Notes under the pieces: generated by a model
Told to the model about the DNA's origin: nothing
What the model saw: the letters and a program-made list of their open reading frames with translations, nothing else
Databases searched by the model: none
Part shown: positions 59,641 to 64,000 of the stretch, in pieces
Position numbering within the stretch: position 1 is the stretch's first letter
How the letters are laid out: every line of letters starts with the position of its first letter
Source: Eledone cirrhosa
Lineage: Eukaryota
Assembly: GCA_964016885.1 (NCBI GenBank)
Contig: OZ024743.1
Coordinates: 149,048,001-149,112,000 of the forward strand
DNA length: 64,000 nt
Direction: 5' to 3'
Position numbers and translations under genes: made by a program

Positions 59641-62600
59641 ATAACATCACCTCAACTACCACCACCACCAGTAACATCACCTCAACTACCACCACCACCA
59701 GTAACATCACCTCAACTACCACCACCAGTAACATCACCTCAACTACCACCACCACCAGTAACATCACCTCAACTCCCACCATCACCAGTAACATCACCTC
59801 AACTACCACCATCACCAGTAACATCACCTCAACTACCACCACCACCAGTAACATCACCTCAACTACCACCATCACCAGTAACATCACCTCAACTACCACC
59901 ACCACCAATAACATCACCTCAACTACCACCACCACCAGTAACAACATCACCTCGACTACCACCACCACCAGTAACATCACCTCAACTACCACCACCACCA
60001 GTAACATCACCTCAACTACCACCACCACCAGTAACATCCCCTCAACTACCACCACCACCAGTAACATCACCTCAACCACCACCACCACCAGTAACAGCAC
60101 CTCAACTACCACCACCACCAGTAACAGCACCTCAACTCCCACCACCACCAGTAACATCACCTCAACTACCACCACCACCAGTAACAACATCACCTGAACT
60201 ACCACCACCACCAGTAACATCAACTCAACCACCACCACCACCAGTAACAACATCACCTCAACTACCACCACCACCAGTAACATCACCTCAACTACCACCA
60301 CCACCAGTAACAACATCACCTCAACTACCACCTCCACCAGTAACAACATCACCTCAACTACAACCACCACTAGTAACATCACCTCAAATACCACCACCAC
60401 CAGTAACATCACCTCAACTACAACCACCAACAATAACATCACCTCAACTACCACCACACCAGTAACATCACCTCAACTACAACCACCACCAGTAACATCA
60501 CCTCAACTACCACCACACCAGTAACATCACCTCAACTACAACCACCACCAGTAACATCACCTCAACTACCCCCACCACCAGTAACATCACCTCAACTACC
60601 ACCACCACCAGTAACATCACCTCAACTACCACCACCACCAGTAACATCACCTCAACTACCACCACCACCAGTAACATCACCTCAACTACAACCACCACCA
60701 GTAACATCACCTCAACTACCACCACCACCAGTAACATCACCTCAACTACAACCACCACCAGTAACATCACCTCAACTACCACCACCACCAGTAACATCAC
60801 CTCAACTACAACCATCACCAGTAACATCACCTCAACTACCACCACCACCAGTAACATCACCTCAACTACCACCACCACCAGTAACATCACCTCAACTACA
60901 ACCACCACGAGTAACATCACCTCAACTACCACCACCACCAGTAACATCACCTCAACTACAACCACCACCAGTAACAACACCACAACTACCACCACCACCA
61001 GTAACATCACCTCAACTACCACCACCACCAGTAACATCACCTCAACTACCACCACCACCAGTAACATCACCTCAACTACCACCACCACCAGTAACAACAT
61101 CACCTCAACCACCACCACCACCAGTAACATCACCTCAACCACCACCACCACCAGTAACAACACCACAACTACCACCACCACCAGTAACATCACCTCAACT
61201 ACCACCACCAACAGTAACATCACCTCAACTACCACCACCACCAGTAACATCACCTCAACCACCACCACCACCAGTAATATCACCTCAACCACCACCACCA
61301 CCAGTAACAACATCACCTCAACCACCACCACCACCAGTAACATCACCTCAACCACCACCACCACCAGTAACATCACCTCAACCACCACCACCACCAGTAA
61401 TATCACCTCAACCACCACCACCACCAGTAACAACATCACCTCAACCACCACCACCACCAGTAACATCACCTCAACCACCACCACCACCAGTAACAACATC
61501 ACCTCAACCACCACCACCACCAGTAATATCACCTCAACTACCACCACCACCAGTAACATCACCTCAACTACCACCACCACCAGTAATATCGCCTCAACTA
61601 CCACCACCACCAGTAACATCACCTCAACTACCACCACCACCAGTAACATCACCTCAACTACCACCACCACCAGTAACATCACCTCAACTACCACCACCAC
61701 CAGTAACATCACCTCAACTACCACCACCACCAGTAACATCACCTCAACCACCACCACCACCAGTAACAACATCACCTCAACCACCACCACCAGTAACATC
61801 ACCTCAACCAGCACCATCACCAGTAACATCACCTCAACTACCACCACCACCAATAACATCACCTCAACTACCACCACCACCAGTAACATCACCCCAACCA
61901 CCACCACCACCAGTAACATCAGCTCAACTACCACCACCACCACCAGTAACATCACCTCAACTACCACCACCACCAGTAACATCACCTCAACTACCACCAC
62001 CACCAGTAACATCACCTCAACTACCACCACCACCACCAGTAACATCACCTCAACTACCACCACCACCAGTAACATCACCTCAACTACCACCACCACCAGT
62101 AACATCACCTCAACTACCACCACCACCAGTAACATCATCTCAACTACCCCCACCACCAGTAACAACATCACCTCAACTACCACGACCACCAGTAACATCA
62201 CCTCAACTACCAACACCACCATTAACATCACCTCAACTACCACCACCACCTGTAACATCACCCCAACTCCCACCACCACCAGTAACAACATCACCTCAAC
62301 TACCACCACCACCTGTAACATCACCCCAAGTACCACCACCACCAGTAACATCACCTCATTTACCACCACCACCAGTAACAACATCACCTCAACTACCACC
62401 ACCACCAGTAACTTCACCTCAACTACCACCACCACCAGTAACATCACCTCAACTACCACCACCACCAGTAACATCACCTCAACTACCACCACCGGTAACA
62501 ACACCTCATCCACCACCACCACCAGTAACATCACCTCAACTACCACCACCACCAGTAACATCACCTCAACTACCACCACCACCAGTAACAACACCTCATC

Positions 62601-64000
62601 CACCACCACCACCAGTAACATTACCTCAACTACCACCACCACCAGTAACAACACCTCAACTACCACCACCACCAGTAACATCACCTCAACCACCACCACC
62701 ACCAGTAATATCACCACAACTACCACCACCACCAGTAACATCACCTCAACTACCACCACCACCACCAATAACATCACCTCAACTACCACCACCACCAGTA
62801 ACATCACCTCAACTACCACCACCACCAGTAACATCACCTCAACTACCACCACCAGTAACATCACCTCAACTACCACCACCACCAGTAACATCACCTCAAC
62901 TCCCACCATCACCAGTAACATCACCTCAACTACCACCATCACCAGTAACATCACCTCAACTACCACCACCACCAGTAACATCACCTCAACTACCACCATC
63001 ACCAGTAACATCACCTCAACTACCACCACCACCAATAACATCACCTCAACTACCACCACCACCAGTAACAACATCACCTCGACTACCACCACCACCAGTA
63101 ACATCACCTCAACTACCACCACCACCAGTAACATCACCTCAACTACCACCACCACCAGTAACATCCCCTCAACTACCACCACCACCAGTAACATCACCTC
63201 AACCACCACCACCACCAGTAACAGCACCTCAACTACCACCACCACCAGTAACAGCACCTCAACTCCCACCACCACCAGTAACATCACCTCAACTACCACC
63301 ACCACCAGTAACAACATCACCTGAACTACCACCACCACCAGTAACATCAACTCAACCACCACCACCACCAGTAACAACATCACCTCAACTACCACCACCA
63401 CCAGTAACATCACCTCAACTACCACCACCACCAGTAACAACATCACCTCAACTACCACCTCCACCAGTAACAACATCACCTCAACTACAACCACCACTAG
63501 TAACATCACCTCAAATACCACCACCACCAGTAACATCACCTCAACTACAACCACCAACAATAACATTACCTCAACTACCACCACACCAGTAACATCACCT
63601 CAACTACAACCACCACCAGTAACATCACCTCAACTACCACCACACCAGTAACATCACCTCAACTACAACCACCACCAGTAACATCACCTCAACTACCCCC
63701 ACCACCAGTAACATCACCTCAACTACCACCACCACCAGTAACATCACCTCAACTACAACCATCACCAGTAACATCACCTCAACTACCACCACCACCAGTA
63801 ACATCACCTCAACTACCACCACCACCAGTAACATCACCTCAACTACAACCACCACGAGTAACATCACCTCAACTACCACCACCACCAGTAACATCACCTC
63901 AACTACAACCACCACCAGTAACAACACCACAACTACCACCACCACCAGTAACATCACCTCAACTACCACCACCACCAGTAACATCACCTCAACTACCACC
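59630..64000 (+). repeat. Block ~59630-61050 repeated at ~62760-64000 (offset 3127, then 2947 after a deletion)
   Basis: ACCACACCAGT frameshift pair ~60457/60516 vs ~63584/63643; TGA variant 60196/63322; ACGAGT 60909/63856. Confidence 0.9.

Larger units (their letters stand above)
1..64000 (+). repeat. Tandem array of ~30-bp monomer AGTAACATCACCTCAACTACCACCACCACC (minisatellite/satellite DNA), ~2,100 copies, running off both window ends
   Basis: Seen directly: the monomer or a point/3-bp-indel variant repeats head-to-tail throughout (e.g. 9841-10020 and 59101-59220 repeat with period 30). No non-repeat sequence and no inverted units found. Copy number estimated from length/~30.5. Confidence 0.99.

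Noticed and set aside
657-63999. Dozens of long minus-strand ORFs (up to 2872 aa) encoding (VVVVVEVMLL)n
   Set aside because: They are the antisense reading of the repeat. A nearly pure Val/Leu/Met polymer is implausible as a protein, starts come from the ATG present in every unit, and ends coincide with monomer variants.
1-64000. CRISPR array (30-bp repeat length is similar)
   Set aside because: Units are directly adjacent with no unique spacers, no palindromic repeat, no leader and no cas genes.
1-64000. Telomeric repeat array
   Set aside because: Although C-rich/G-rich asymmetric, there is no canonical TTAGGG, TTAGG or TTTAGGG unit. The heterogeneous 30-mer with kb-scale duplications fits recombinational rather than telomerase synthesis. 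A subtelomeric location is not excluded.
1-64000. A programmed cassette-shuffling system (antigenic variation or diversity-generating) or an encoded synthetic message
   Set aside because: No recombinase, reverse transcriptase, expression site or conserved cassette boundaries are present. The variant pattern is adequately explained by point mutation, slippage and nested duplication.
1-64000. Whole array as a sequencing or assembly artefact
   Set aside because: Hierarchically shared rare variants, with private differences between most copies, indicate real evolutionary history. Individual near-identical duplications and the total length still need read support.

Overview
The whole 64 kb window is one uninterrupted head-to-tail tandem array of a ~30-bp minisatellite/satellite monomer, consensus AGTAACATCACCTCAACTACCACCACCACC (roughly 2,100 units; 27/33/36-bp length variants come from (ACC)n and (AAC)n slippage). 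Every unit has the same orientation. I see no unique sequence, transposon, RNA gene, promoter, CRISPR spacer or array boundary. The ORF track mostly reflects the repeat itself: the monomer is 10 codons long and stop-free in three frames (+ SNITSTTTTT mucin-like, + VTSPQLPPPP extensin-like, - VVVVVEVMLL), but all three are broken by amplified stop and frameshift variants. The information lies in the monomer variant pattern, which shows nested higher-order duplications (93 bp, 513 bp, 579 bp, 1.5-1.6 kb, 2.6 kb, 3.1 kb, 3.23 kb, 3.9 kb, 4.4-4.9 kb, 11-13 kb), regional variant domains and blocks shared over 24-42 kb. Most likely this is a eukaryotic non-coding satellite, possibly a decayed or expanded mucin-type repeat exon. 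I cannot support a novel multi-gene system from this sequence. All offsets were read by eye from marker variants, and block ends are approximate.
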